A stretch of DNA of 64,000 bases from an uncultured delta proteobacterium (GCA_963798485.1 CAWCTR010000004.1:160001-224000); one strand, 5' to 3'. Shown: positions 1-10,886, counted from the first letter of the stretch. Made by a program: numbers and translations. The notes: generated from the letters alone by a model not told the origin.

Positions 1-2
1 AG

Positions 3-1418
3 TGGCAGAAACAAGCAACCGTAGAATTCTCCGGCAACAAAGAGCAGGCGGAGAAGGCCCTGGAAATGTACCACGACCATGGACACATCCATGAACTCCA
101 GACCAGGCAAGACGCCAAGGATCAGATGCTGAAAGAGTGGGCAGAGCAGCAACATCTTTCAAAACAGAAGCACGAGACCAGCCTCATGATGGCCTACACG
201 AACAAGGACGTTCATGATTTGAACCAGGGGGCGAGACAGTACAGAAAACTCTATGGAGAGCTCCGAGAACCCGAACACACCTTCATGACCGAGAAAGGAG
301 AACGAAACTTCTGCACCGGAGACCGGATCATCTTTCTCAGAAACGAGCATTCTTTAGGAGTTCGTAATGGTTCCCTTGGTACAGTTAAGAATATCAATCG
401 GGGAGCCATGACAGTAAAACTCGATAAAGGCGATAGAGTCGCTATCGATACGAGCATGTATAAAGATTTCGACCACGGATATGCAGCAACCGTGCATAAG
501 ACTCAAGGCTCCACCCTGGATCATACTTTTGTCCTAGGCTCACGGCATTTTGATAAACATACCACCTACGTTGCCATGAGCAGGCATAGAGAAAATGTGG
601 CCATGTACTACGGAAAGGAAGATTTCAAAAACCTTGAGGACCTGCAGAGAGTCATGGGGAGAGAACGCCCAAAGATTCTGGTTATAGACTATGGATTGCC
701 TAGAGGCATAGAGCCCGATAACAGAGTTATCGAAGCAGAGAGAGTTCTGACTCACGAAGAAAGACGCATCCAGGAACAAGAATGGCAACGGCCAAGGGAT
801 GAAGAGAAGTATGTCGAGCAAATGAAAGAGAAGGGAATCCAGGTTGAATTCCCCAAGGATAAAACTGTTGAAGGGTATTATATTGGGATTCAGGAGGTCT
901 CTGGCAGAAAGTACGCCATGATCGATACCCATGCCGTTACAACACAAGGAACCCGCTACATGGTGCCTTATGACTGTGACAAGCGGAAGGATGAAGTAAT
1001 GAAATTCCGTCGCGTGGAATATGACGGTCAGAGGATTGAAGAGATGTGGAGGAAGGATTTAGAAAAGGAGAGACAGCAAAAGCTCGCTCAACAAAATCGA
1101 GAACCGAAACACGAAAGAGAGCTCAATGCGTCAGAGATCCTCTACTGCCAGCAGATGAAGGACCGGGGCCTCCAAACAGAATTTATAAATGAAAGATCAG
1201 TGGAAGGGTACTTTACCAAAATAGAAACGATTGGCGAGAATAAGTTTGCTGTGATCGAGAATAAAGGAACTCGGTATATGGTGCCCTGCAATAACGAATA
1301 TGATCAAATGCAGATGCACCGCTATGTAGCTTATAACGGACAAAACATGTCTCCTGCCAAACCAAAGACCTCTGACCTTGCTCAAGATATCGGCAAAGGC
1401 CTTGGGCGTGAGAGGTAA
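3..1418 (+). CDS. traA: TraA-like conjugative relaxase/helicase, C-terminal part (5' end outside window)
   Basis: Frame is open from base 3. Has helicase motifs HGYAATVHKTQGSTLD and YVAMSR, and is a close paralogue of the 3' half of 56297..59215. Confidence 0.9.
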   Translation, partial: WQKQATVEFSGNKEQAEKALEMYHDHGHIHELQTRQDAKDQMLKEWAEQQHLSKQKHETSLMMAYTNKDVHDLNQGARQYRKLYGELREPEHTFMTEKGERNFCTGDRIIFLRNEHSLGVRNGSLGTVKNINRGAMTVKLDKGDRVAIDTSMYKDFDHGYAATVHKTQGSTLDHTFVLGSRHFDKHTTYVAMSRHRENVAMYYGKEDFKNLEDLQRVMGRERPKILVIDYGLPRGIEPDNRVIEAERVLTHEERRIQEQEWQRPRDEEKYVEQMKEKGIQVEFPKDKTVEGYYIGIQEVSGRKYAMIDTHAVTTQGTRYMVPYDCDKRKDEVMKFRRVEYDGQRIEEMWRKDLEKERQQKLAQQNREPKHERELNASEILYCQQMKDRGLQTEFINERSVEGYFTKIETIGENKFAVIENKGTRYMVPCNNEYDQMQMHRYVAYNGQNMSPAKPKTSDLAQDIGKGLGRER

Positions 1419-1596
1419 AATCCATCTGAGACATTATCTTATCTTACAGTCTGGAGAGCATATAATCGTCTAGTGATATATTCAATCCAGGCTGATCTTT
1501 GCTATCCTCACGCTATGTGTACTTCTTGAGAGAATAAACTAGTAGAACAATCGTTGATTTATAGAAGAATCATCACTATGGGCAAACCGTTGCGTA

Positions 1597-1662
1597 TGGT
1601 ATGTAATCTATGGTCTTGCTTGCCCCTCTTTTTCGTATGTTATGAAAAATAATCTATGGTCT
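1597..1662 (+). repeat. Dispersed intergenic repeat family A, copy
   Basis: 58/66 ungapped identity to 22007..22072 by manual alignment; two TAATCTATGGT motifs. Confidence 0.85.
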
Positions 1663-1987
1663 GGGATCACCTTTGATCATGGCAAAAATTCAACGGTTTC
1701 TAAGGGTTTGTGAAAGCACCGATTTTATCGCAGAGATCAACGCTTTCATTGTATAAAGAAAAGGAAATGAAATTCAGCCTCATCAAAGAGAGAGAGCAAT
1801 CAACTATCGCATTTACCAAGGAACTCAAGATATGCACTTTTTTTAGAGTATATTCATCAATCGCCATTTGCCAGATGGGTTAACGGGTGAATAATCGAGG
1901 ATGTGATTCGCGGTATAGGATTACTGTAGATTGAGTCTGTCACTTTTTTATGACATGATGGGATAATATTAAATCAAAGGGAATATA

Positions 1988-2524
1988 ATGCCGGAAGAGA
2001 TCGAAGATCCGACCGAAAAATTGCATGAAGCGCTCCAAGAGGAAGCGCGGGAGGCGAGGGAACAGTGGGTGCTTTGGGTGGCTCTCAGCACAGCTATTCT
2101 CGCCGTACTTGCCGCTGTATCTTCCCTCCTGGCGGGCCATCATTCCAACGAAGCCTTGATAGAGCAGATTCAAGCATCGGATCAATGGGCATATTATCAG
2201 TCAAAGGGCGTCAAATCAGTAGTGCTTGAAAGTCGAATCGCAACGCTGGAGGCCCTCGGCAGACAGGCATTTGCCAAAGACCAGGAAAAGGTTGTGGCCT
2301 ATAAGCAGGAACAGCAGCAGATCGAAGAAAAAGCGCACGAGAAAGAGAAAGCCTCATCCCTGCATCTGATGGCGCATAACATGCTAGCCAAAGGGGTCAC
2401 CGCCTTCCAGATTGCCATTGCCATCTCAGCGATTGCCGTTCTGACCAGAAGGAAATGGTTGTGGTATGGTGCCGGCGTTTTGGGACTGATTGGTCTGATC
2501 TATTTGGTGCAGGGGCTGTTGTAA
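1988..2524 (+). CDS. DUF4337-like membrane protein
   Basis: 178 aa with TM helix, ASDQWAYYQSK motif, coiled coil and two C-terminal TM helices. Confidence 0.75.
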   Translation: MPEEIEDPTEKLHEALQEEAREAREQWVLWVALSTAILAVLAAVSSLLAGHHSNEALIEQIQASDQWAYYQSKGVKSVVLESRIATLEALGRQAFAKDQEKVVAYKQEQQQIEEKAHEKEKASSLHLMAHNMLAKGVTAFQIAIAISAIAVLTRRKWLWYGAGVLGLIGLIYLVQGLL

Positions 2525-2708
2525 GGTCACTCAGGAAAGGGATAGGTCAAGCATAAGTCAACCCTTTCTTCCAATGCTTATTAAACATGAACTGAATGAA
2601 TCATAAATATAGCGTGCCAAAATCGTTATACTTTGAGGTTGGCCCCAGAAAGTATAACTATCATCTCAAGAGTTACACTTTGCCTACACCGAAGATTTGG
2701 AAACAAAA

Positions 2709-3487
2709 GTGTGACACGAATGCCGGGAGGCAATGCTGTGTAGGAGATGAGGGAAGGCCCCTCGGAGCCGCCATGCAGGTGGAGGCTTCAAACCGCCCTA
2801 AGCTGCGATGGTAAAGAGCCATGGTGGTGAGCGTTAGGGAAAAGGCGCAAAGAATGTGTCAGGTGAGTATCGGAGAGACGAGCGAAAGCGAACCAGTCGA
2901 TGAGGCATCGAAACAAATCTATAGACGATGTCAAAACCAGGATCTTTTGTTATCCTGGGAAGAGCTCAGAGGGAGCCTGTTTACTGTCTGAGCGGCATCC
3001 GGTGTAGAGATGGCGTGAATCCGATATGGGCTTCTGCACAGAACGTGTGAACCTGTCGTCCGGATGACAAGGGAGAAATCCAAGGGGGAAGGCCCCCCGA
3101 GGGCGAGAGTACCGATGCCGGGCACAGGGGCGGGACAGCTCGTAGTAGTGATGAAGCTCCTGTAATGGGAGTGGAGCTGAACAGGTCAAGGATTCCATCA
3201 AGAAAAGGTTAGCAGAGTGCAAACTCGAAATGCACCCAGACAAAACCAAGGTCGTATACTGTAAAGACGGCTCGCGGAGGGGGACTCACTCTACTGTCTG
3301 TTTTGATTTCCTTGGTTTCACATTCCAGCCCAGGAAAGCTATTAACAAGAAAGGCCAGAACTTTACAGGATTTCTACCGGCCATCAGTAACAAAGCCCTC
3401 AAGCGAATCGGTGATGTAGTTCGCAGTTGGAAGTTGCGGAGCTGGATCGGGTACGACATTGAGGAATTGGCCACAGCTTTAAATCCG
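2709..3487 (+). mobile_element. Group II intron remnant (IIB, bacterial class D-like), internally deleted and 3'-truncated
   Basis: GTGTG 5' end; typical AGCGAAAGCGAACC and GAGAGTACCGATGC...GGGGCGGGACAGCTCGTAGTAGTGATGAAGCTCCTGTAATGGGAGTGGAGC RNA motifs. These are fused to an RT/maturase fragment; no domain V/VI recognised. Confidence 0.85.
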
Positions 3488-3538
3488 GGACGAGTTATAT
3501 TCGCCCGTCTTGACAACCATACCCTGCAGTCCATATAG
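3176..3538 (+). pseudogene. ltrA: Group II intron reverse transcriptase/maturase fragment (after YADD, RT6-7 and start of domain X)
   Basis: AEQVKDSIKKRLAECKLEMHPDKTKVVYCKD...FDFLGFTFQPR...FLPAISNKALKRI...LNP; lacks YADD and the N-terminus. Confidence 0.85.
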
Positions 3539-3670
3539 TGTGCCGGAGATCTACGCATGAATTGAATATAATTGAGAACGTACAAACTCATCTTCCCGGA
3601 TGGACCGAACGGCCTTGAGCTTCGGATGAAGGACTCTTCCTGTCCATCTTTTTTGCAAAAGGATTAGGAA

Positions 3671-5503
3671 ATGAGATTCCTTACAGGCCTGTTGAACGGT
3701 TTCAGCCATATCATAAAGTTCGTTACTGTGGGATTTCTGCTTACCCTCGTATTCCTGGCTTTCTATTTCAGAGGGACCGGGATCCCCCATAATTTTCTTA
3801 CCTGGTTGTATGCTCTGTCCATCCCGGCATATTATTATCTGGCCATTCTGCTGCTGACCTGCCTCCTTGCACCGCTGTACTTCATTCCATACGTGAGATA
3901 TCTCGTTATCGTTCCAAAGATATTCCTGGATTTTTATCTGTTTGTGAATCTATTTGTGTTCAATATCTTCAGGCTGCACATTGATATGATTTATATTAAT
4001 ATCATGCTGCACGACTTTAACGGCATAGGATTACCATTTTACATCATCTGCCTGGCGGCTGGAGCGTTCGTGTGCATTCTCCTGATAAATCTCCTTGCAT
4101 TCCTTGCAGCGGTCCGTTTCGGGAAACGGACTGTCATAACCTCCCTGGCCGTCATCTTTCTGCTTATCTCTGGCCAATTGGTGCACATATGGGGTATCGA
4201 ATACAATCAGAAATACATAACCAGGTATACCACCAATTTTCCCTATTTCTTCCCGACCAAGGCACATGATTTCATAGCCAAGATGGCACGGGCCTATCCG
4301 GCTATAGTACCCGTGCATTCCGATGCCCAGGCATATGCCCTGGACCCCGACACAGACAGATATACCCATCTTCAGTATCCACTTAAAAAGATGGAATGCG
4401 ACACCCCTGTCAGGAGCAGGTACAACATCATCTATTTCATTCTGGAAAGCTGGCGCAGCGACTCGATGAACGAGCACATCACGCCCGTGATGTATCGTTT
4501 CGGACAGAAAAGTTATGTATTCACCAATCATATCAGCGGAGGAAATTGTACACCTACAGGTCTCTTCAGCATCATGTACGGCCTCCATCCCACATACATG
4601 AAATATGCAGCAACCGACCCGGTGGGAAACCCACCGGTGCTGATACGCATGCTGAAGGATAACGGGTACACCATAAAAGCGTACACGTCTTCCAATTTTG
4701 ACGGATTTTCCCTGAAGACCATGTTCTTTCATGGGATCGCCGAGACCGATTATGTGGAGGAACTCAAAGAAGACAGCCTGAAGGATGACCGGACCGTCAT
4801 ATCGAAGCTGAAGGAGTCGATCAAGAGCGAACGGAATGGTCCCCCGTTCTTTAAATTTGTTTTTCTCACATCGTCTCATTATGGGTACGAGTACCCTGAA
4901 AGTCATGAAATATTCCGTCCGATCTCTATGAAAGGCTCATTCCTGTTCAATAAAAACGCCGACCCGACCCCGCTCTTCAACAGGTACAAAAATTCGTTGC
5001 ATTATAATGACGCCCTTTTCGGCGAAGTCCTCTCGACCCTCAAAGAGGCGGGTCTGGAAGAGAAGACAATCATAGTAGTCACATCCGACCACGGTGAAGA
5101 ATTCAATGACAAGGGCGACGGGTATTGGGGACATATGAGCAACTACACACGCTATCAGACCTCAGTCCCCTTGATCCTGTATCTTCCGGAGAACAAGACC
5201 GAGCACGTCATCAACACCCGGTCGTCACACTGCGATATTGCGCCCACCATCCTCAATTATCTGTTTGGCTGCAACGATTTCAGTAGCTACAGCTCCGGGA
5301 CGGACCTGCTGCATCTTCCTGATCACAGGGGCCTCATCGTACAGAGCTATAAGAACAAGGCCTTTATCATTGACAATATAGTGTACTCGGAGGGCATCAC
5401 GCTGGACAGCTATGACCTGAGCGACATTAATAAGAAGAACACCCAATTCGACTATAAGGGCCTGGAGCTGGTGAAGAAATCGGAGAGAACCTTCCTCAGA
5501 TGA
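3671..5503 (+). CDS. Membrane-anchored sulfatase-like protein (YejM/PbgA-like)
   Basis: About five N-terminal TM helices; ESWRSD, SGGNCT, TSDHGEEF, WGH and SSHCDIAPT motifs. Confidence 0.8.
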   Translation: MRFLTGLLNGFSHIIKFVTVGFLLTLVFLAFYFRGTGIPHNFLTWLYALSIPAYYYLAILLLTCLLAPLYFIPYVRYLVIVPKIFLDFYLFVNLFVFNIFRLHIDMIYINIMLHDFNGIGLPFYIICLAAGAFVCILLINLLAFLAAVRFGKRTVITSLAVIFLLISGQLVHIWGIEYNQKYITRYTTNFPYFFPTKAHDFIAKMARAYPAIVPVHSDAQAYALDPDTDRYTHLQYPLKKMECDTPVRSRYNIIYFILESWRSDSMNEHITPVMYRFGQKSYVFTNHISGGNCTPTGLFSIMYGLHPTYMKYAATDPVGNPPVLIRMLKDNGYTIKAYTSSNFDGFSLKTMFFHGIAETDYVEELKEDSLKDDRTVISKLKESIKSERNGPPFFKFVFLTSSHYGYEYPESHEIFRPISMKGSFLFNKNADPTPLFNRYKNSLHYNDALFGEVLSTLKEAGLEEKTIIVVTSDHGEEFNDKGDGYWGHMSNYTRYQTSVPLILYLPENKTEHVINTRSSHCDIAPTILNYLFGCNDFSSYSSGTDLLHLPDHRGLIVQSYKNKAFIIDNIVYSEGITLDSYDLSDINKKNTQFDYKGLELVKKSERTFLR

Positions 5504-5515
5504 TATTGATCACCT

Positions 5516-5615
5516 ATGGAATATTCTTCCACTCTGAGCAATGAAAGATTATTACACTTCTATACATCATTCCCTTTATCCAAACAGTTGAAGATCCCTT
5601 GGGGCGGAAGTAGTT
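5516..5615 (-). repeat. Dispersed intergenic repeat family B, copy 1
   Basis: Reverse complement matches 33902..34001 at 84/100 ungapped positions. Confidence 0.9.
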
Positions 5616-5720
5616 TGGGTATGAGGTTTAAGAAAAATGCAATCTCACAATCTGACCCTTCTATGAGTCTTAATAGATTATATCTTCAGTACAAATAAAA
5701 TCATAGGAATCTTATTTATA

Positions 5721-6941
5721 TTACGCCTGGTTATATGATTTATTATGCCTACCCTTATGTATTACCTGAACCACATCCATATCTTTAGAAAAGTATTTCC
5801 TGATGACTAATCTAGAAAGCATATCTGCCTTAATATGGAAATGGTCTTTGAGAACCAGGAGACATCCAATGGTTATTCCTTCACCGGTTTCTTTGTTTTG
5901 AGCAAAGCCCACAAACCAGTTCCTTTTCCCTTTTGGTTGATCTCCATTAATACTTCCACTCTTTGCTCCTATGGCAAGATATTTGAGCACCCTGTCTGAT
6001 GAGATCCTCCTGAAAGATTTTGCGACGGTACCCGATTTGACTGTCCTTTCCATCATGGTACTCAGGTTTTGAGCAGTTTCTTTTTTCATAACCGGTATCT
6101 TTGTAGCATTCGTATTCTGAGTCCGTACAAGCCTGGGAGTAACCATAGTGCCATTATTCGTAACCGCTGTGACTATCTGTGCTGCATGGAGAGGTGACAT
6201 CCGTGTCTCTTTATTGTACCCGCAGGCGAGTTCGGCAAGGTTATAATCATCCTTAGGCATTAACATTGTACTTGGTGTGCTCTCCAATTCCTTCACAGGT
6301 GACTTCCAGAACCCCATTTTCTTGGCTGTGAGTTCAATAGGAGCCTCTCCAAGATAGATTGTTCCGAGTTTGGCAAAAACTATGTTGTTGGAGCGAGCAA
6401 AGGCATCGGCCAGTGATATATCCATGCACCATTTATTCCTCTTATTGGCGAGCTGTCTCTTGTAAAGGGTATGAGCATTGCCGGAGTAAGAGAATTTACT
6501 CTCAGGTGAAAATCTTTTCTGATCCATAGCAGCTGTAGCGGTTACCAGCTTAAAAATGCTTGCAGCAGGCTCTGCATCCAGACCGATACTGCAATCCTCT
6601 CCCGATGTATTTTGTCCATAAAGGGCAAGGACATCTCCGGTATGAGAATCTATAACGACAATGGAACCGTAATACAGTTTATACTTGGCTGCCATTTCAG
6701 CGATGAACTGCTGAATATCCCAGTCAATAGTTAGGTTATGGGTTTTTATGGTGTTCTGATCTATGTGGACAAGATCCTGCTTTTTAAGGGCACTTGTATT
6801 CTCGTTTGCCGGGACAACCTTTGATTGTACAACCTTAGCTGGTACAACCTTTTGAGCAACGACAGGTGTTTTAACGATTTTCGTTCCTGCTCTGTGTTCA
6901 TGAAAAAAGAAAAACGGCATCATGATTAGAATGAGAAGCAC
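5721..6941 (-). CDS. Penicillin-binding protein, transpeptidase domain; true start may be ATG 7020 with a +1 frameshift near 6980
   Basis: Catalytic motifs SIFK, SNN, KSG and an N-terminal TM. Upstream MDRQFLFDTYPLLKK is one base out of frame with RKRRVFRLRYLVLLIL. Confidence 0.85.
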   Translation of the reverse strand: MLLILIMMPFFFFHEHRAGTKIVKTPVVAQKVVPAKVVQSKVVPANENTSALKKQDLVHIDQNTIKTHNLTIDWDIQQFIAEMAAKYKLYYGSIVVIDSHTGDVLALYGQNTSGEDCSIGLDAEPAASIFKLVTATAAMDQKRFSPESKFSYSGNAHTLYKRQLANKRNKWCMDISLADAFARSNNIVFAKLGTIYLGEAPIELTAKKMGFWKSPVKELESTPSTMLMPKDDYNLAELACGYNKETRMSPLHAAQIVTAVTNNGTMVTPRLVRTQNTNATKIPVMKKETAQNLSTMMERTVKSGTVAKSFRRISSDRVLKYLAIGAKSGSINGDQPKGKRNWFVGFAQNKETGEGITIGCLLVLKDHFHIKADMLSRLVIRKYFSKDMDVVQVIHKGRHNKSYNQA

Positions 6942-7270
6942 AAGGTAGCGAAGACGGAAAACCCTCCGTTTCCGTTTTCTTCAATAACGGGTAAGTATCA
7001 AATAGAAATTGTCTATCCATCAATAAATAATAATCCTGCCCAGTTATTTGTTCAAGTTTTTACATAAGTGGCTAATGGAAGTCAATTCAGATATCCATGG
7101 ATAGAAGCCCATCTGGTTATTATAAAACCTATGTTTACATAGATTGATCAATGACGAGTATAGGTGAGTCAGCCTTTCATTCTGTTCAATGTATATGATA
7201 CTGAACACATAGCCTGATCAAGGATATTTAAGGCTGTTACGAAGGGAGGAATCTTGAAGGAGGTTTTACA

Positions 7271-8143
7271 TTGAATCTTAACTTCATGGTCATGATTCTG
7301 GCGATCATTCAGGGTCTCGCGGAACTGCTGCCTGTATCAAGTTCCGCCCATGTCATCATAGCAGAGAAGCTCCTTGGGTTAGATCCTACCACACCGGAAA
7401 TGACTCTTCTCCTGGTGACGCTGCACACAGGCACGATGCTGGCTGTAATTGTTTACTTCTGGAGATCCTGGAAGCTAGCATATTTTTCTTCATGGAATGA
7501 GACATGGCATTATGCAAAGCTGCTCTTCCTCGCGACTGTACTGACGGGAATAGTAGGGATGTCCATTAAGAACGTCATCGAGAGATATGCATTTCACAAT
7601 GTTCCAAAGGCTGTGATAGAACTTCTGTTTGGGAACCTTTTGTTAATCGCTATAGCGCTGGCAGCTGCAGGAGCCCTCATCGTATACACAGGACTTCGGT
7701 ATCACCGTTGCATTAATAATCAAGAAATCACGGTAAAGACAAATCATGCAGTCTGGATAGGTCTTGTGCAGGGTCTTTGCCTTCCGTTCCGCGGATTTTC
7801 CAGATCCGGTGCTACAATTTCATGTGGTTTATTGACAGGTGCATCAAAGCGACCAGTAGAGGAATTCAGCTTTGCACTGGCTGTCATTCTCACACCACCG
7901 GTTGTTATGCGCGAGGTTATGCGTCTCATCCAATCGCATAAATCTCTCACAGCTCCTGGCACTGATCTATCCATGAGTCTTTTTTTGCCTGGATTGCTGG
8001 GTCTTGTCTGTAGCTTTATAGCTGGTCTCCTGGCCTTGCGATGGTTATCAAGTTGGCTTGAGCGAGGCCGTTGGCATTATTTCGGCTACTACTGCTTATT
8101 TGTATCAGTGGTTGTACTGATATTGTATGTCTTGGGATACTGA
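7271..8143 (+). CDS. uppP: Undecaprenyl-diphosphate phosphatase
   Basis: IQGLAELLPVSSSAH and PFRGFSRSGATI motifs; polytopic membrane protein. Confidence 0.93.
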   Translation: MNLNFMVMILAIIQGLAELLPVSSSAHVIIAEKLLGLDPTTPEMTLLLVTLHTGTMLAVIVYFWRSWKLAYFSSWNETWHYAKLLFLATVLTGIVGMSIKNVIERYAFHNVPKAVIELLFGNLLLIAIALAAAGALIVYTGLRYHRCINNQEITVKTNHAVWIGLVQGLCLPFRGFSRSGATISCGLLTGASKRPVEEFSFALAVILTPPVVMREVMRLIQSHKSLTAPGTDLSMSLFLPGLLGLVCSFIAGLLALRWLSSWLERGRWHYFGYYCLFVSVVVLILYVLGY

Positions 8144-8325
8144 TAAAATCAAGTCCCCGAACAAATGACCATACTGGCATTGAGGCATGATGATTCATGA
8201 CAATAGTAGACAATACAATGGATACTTGTCTGCAAGGGTAGAGATGAATAAAAGTATTATCAAGATCGTAGTGAGTACTTATGACATTTGATTTGTATGC
8301 CTTGCTCAGCTTTTTTCTCGAATGA

Positions 8326-9426
8326 TCATTCGTGAATAAGTTTTGAAACACGTTCGAGAGTTATCCCTTCAGCTTTGAGCTTCGGCACCTCCCTCTGTAA
8401 TACAGCTATGGTCTCAGGGTGCGGATGGCAGATACCAATAGCGCTCGAATGTTTTACAGCTTTTCTTTTCAGCTCATCAAGCTGGCCCATGATATACGCA
8501 TCATTCTGCTCATCATCAAGGAACACATCACGTTTATTCCATGGAAGGCCGATCTCCTGGGCAACTTTAAATCCCACTGATTTACCGGAGGTAAGGCTAT
8601 CGATGTAGAAGAGCCCCTTATTTTTAAGCTCTGTTTCAACAAGCATCATGATCTCCCGGTCCTGGGTTACTTCAGAGCCCATATGATTGTTCACACCAGA
8701 TATATATGGTACGGCCCTGATATCACCCAGCAGGATAGTTCGGATCTGATCAGGAGCCATGCCCTTGAAGATCGCTCCCTTACCGGGCTCATGACCGGCA
8801 GCACCTTGCATAGGTAGATGTAACATGACCTCATGGCCCTTTGTATGGAGATATTGTGCAACTTCTTGTGAGTGTGGACGCATAGGCATTACAGAGAAGG
8901 TAAGGTCCCCATCGATTGTCGCGAGCTGTTCTGCTGGTTTCATATCCGGTCCCATATCGTCCACTATGATGGCTATATAGCCTGTTGGAAGAGTAGGGAC
9001 GATAAACTTGGGAGGAATCACGGCTGCTGCTCCCTTCTTCGGATAAATGAATTCGATCACCCATGTCTCATCACCAACTTCTATTGTAGCATGCCCGATA
9101 TCCTTGACATTGATGCTGCCATATTTCTCGACTGGTTTGAATGCAAAGGACAACTGATCAGGGGTGAAGTTTTCACGGGACTCCACCTTGATTGTGTGAT
9201 TGTGGGTTGTTGTCTGGTCTTTATGAATTCCGAGATCGAACAGACAGCCCTTGATGATTAATTCCGTTTTCACCAGTTTCTGAGGAACCGAAGGTACTAT
9301 TGGTGCTACCCTTCTGTGCATACCCTTTTCCAGATATACGACTACCCCCGCCAGGACCAGGATGATTGCAAATATGGCAAAGAGAGTAGCTTGATTGAAC
9401 TTGATCTTTTTCTTTCTCTTCCTCAT
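8326..9426 (-). CDS. Divergent polysaccharide deacetylase family protein
   Basis: IAIIVDDMG, HEVMLHLPM, GVNNHMGS, YIDSLT, RDVFLD and AIGICHP motifs. Confidence 0.9.
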   Translation of the reverse strand: MRKRKKKIKFNQATLFAIFAIILVLAGVVVYLEKGMHRRVAPIVPSVPQKLVKTELIIKGCLFDLGIHKDQTTTHNHTIKVESRENFTPDQLSFAFKPVEKYGSINVKDIGHATIEVGDETWVIEFIYPKKGAAAVIPPKFIVPTLPTGYIAIIVDDMGPDMKPAEQLATIDGDLTFSVMPMRPHSQEVAQYLHTKGHEVMLHLPMQGAAGHEPGKGAIFKGMAPDQIRTILLGDIRAVPYISGVNNHMGSEVTQDREIMMLVETELKNKGLFYIDSLTSGKSVGFKVAQEIGLPWNKRDVFLDDEQNDAYIMGQLDELKRKAVKHSSAIGICHPHPETIAVLQREVPKLKAEGITLERVSKLIHE

Positions 9427-10886
9427 TCGTTGGCCGACCCTTTCTTTTTCAGGTTCGAGTGATTACTTCTGATTGCATTCACTGCCTTGTCAGTATCATT
9501 ATTGGCATATGCATTTACGCCATGGATGATGCCGTCAATAATGCTATTCTGGTAAGACTCTTGCTGCAGGATTTTGCATTCGGTAGGGTTGGTGATGAAC
9601 CCAGTCTCGATCAGGATAGCCGGCATTTGCGCACCTACCAGGACATAAAAAAGGGCCTGCTTGACACTATGGTTTTGGCAGGTATGGTCAGATTCCTTGT
9701 TAGATGAGATAATGGAGTTCTGAACATATGTGGCAAACTTTGATGATTCATTTATTTTGCTGTTGAGCTCCAGGTCCTGGATGATGAACTGGAGATCGCT
9801 TATAGATTTTGTAGTTGTCTCATTCTCCTTCGCCGCCACCTTAATGGCATAGTCATCTTTGGTCATATTGAGAAAGTAGGTCTCAACCCCATCTAAAGTT
9901 TTGTTAGGGTTAGAATTCACATGGATAGAAATAAAGAGGTCTGCTTTCTTCTTGTTTGCAAAGGCTGTTCGCTCCTCAAGAGGGATAAATACATCTTCAT
10001 CCCTGGTGAGGAAGACTTCGAAGCCTTCTTCTGTCAGACGTTTTGCAAGCTTCTTACCAATCTCCAAGGTGATATCTTTTTCCTTCTCACCATGTGGTCC
10101 TGTTGCTCCGGGGTCCCTCCCTCCATGGCCTGGATCAATGACGATCTTTGATATTTTGTGAGAGAGCTGCTTTGTTGCAGAAGACTGATCACCCGTTATT
10201 TGTGAAGGTGTATCATCCTTGTTCCCATCGATCACATGCCCAGCCCGGTCAAGCGTCTTATCGGATTGCTTTGCCTCCTTGTGCGTGAGATCGGTCCCTT
10301 CCTGATTATCCACATTGGGAGTCTTCTCTTCACCCCCGCTCTTGTTTTTATTGATGCTGTTAAGAGCCTCTCTCGCCTTCAAAGAAATATCACCTGTTGG
10401 ATACTTCATCACGATCTCATGATATAGTTCAATGGCCTTCTTTTTCTCTCCTAGCCTGACCTCGTAAACTTTGGCCTCCCTGAGAAGGGCATCAGCTGCA
10501 ATCGTAGAATCCGGATATTTATTGATAACTGTTTCATATGCTTCGAGTGAACTCTTAAGGTCATGTTTTTTCGAGAAGTAGCCATAGATCTGCTCGAAGA
10601 GTTTTCCCTCCATGTATAAGGCTTTCGGGGCAAAAGACGATTTAGGGTATCCTGTTGCAACATCATCAAACTTTTGCACCACCTTCAACCAGTTGGCTTT
10701 GTCCTTACGGAGGCTTGCATCTCCTGATAGCTCAATGTATGCCGCATTAGCTTCCCGATATTTTTCTTTTGCACCAGAGGTGGCGGCAAAACCAGTCTTC
10801 TGCATGTCGGGGAGTAAAAGAAGTATACCGATTGTAATGATTACGGGTATGATCCTGGCTATAGTCATATTCATGGTGTTTATCAA
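9423..10886 (-). CDS. N-acetylmuramoyl-L-alanine amidase (Amidase_3) with N-terminal TPR region
   Basis: IDPGHGGRDPGA, EKDITL, FISIHVN and ILIETGF motifs; BamD-like TPRs (YPKS..APKAL, YPDS..AADAL). Confidence 0.92.
   Translation of the reverse strand: MINTMNMTIARIIPVIITIGILLLLPDMQKTGFAATSGAKEKYREANAAYIELSGDASLRKDKANWLKVVQKFDDVATGYPKSSFAPKALYMEGKLFEQIYGYFSKKHDLKSSLEAYETVINKYPDSTIAADALLREAKVYEVRLGEKKKAIELYHEIVMKYPTGDISLKAREALNSINKNKSGGEEKTPNVDNQEGTDLTHKEAKQSDKTLDRAGHVIDGNKDDTPSQITGDQSSATKQLSHKISKIVIDPGHGGRDPGATGPHGEKEKDITLEIGKKLAKRLTEEGFEVFLTRDEDVFIPLEERTAFANKKKADLFISIHVNSNPNKTLDGVETYFLNMTKDDYAIKVAAKENETTTKSISDLQFIIQDLELNSKINESSKFATYVQNSIISSNKESDHTCQNHSVKQALFYVLVGAQMPAILIETGFITNPTECKILQQESYQNSIIDGIIHGVNAYANNDTDKAVNAIRSNHSNLKKKGSANE

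Noticed and set aside
3230-3538. Retron, DGR or defence-type reverse transcriptase
   Set aside because: Sequence and upstream RNA are typical of a group II intron, and the catalytic YADD is missing.
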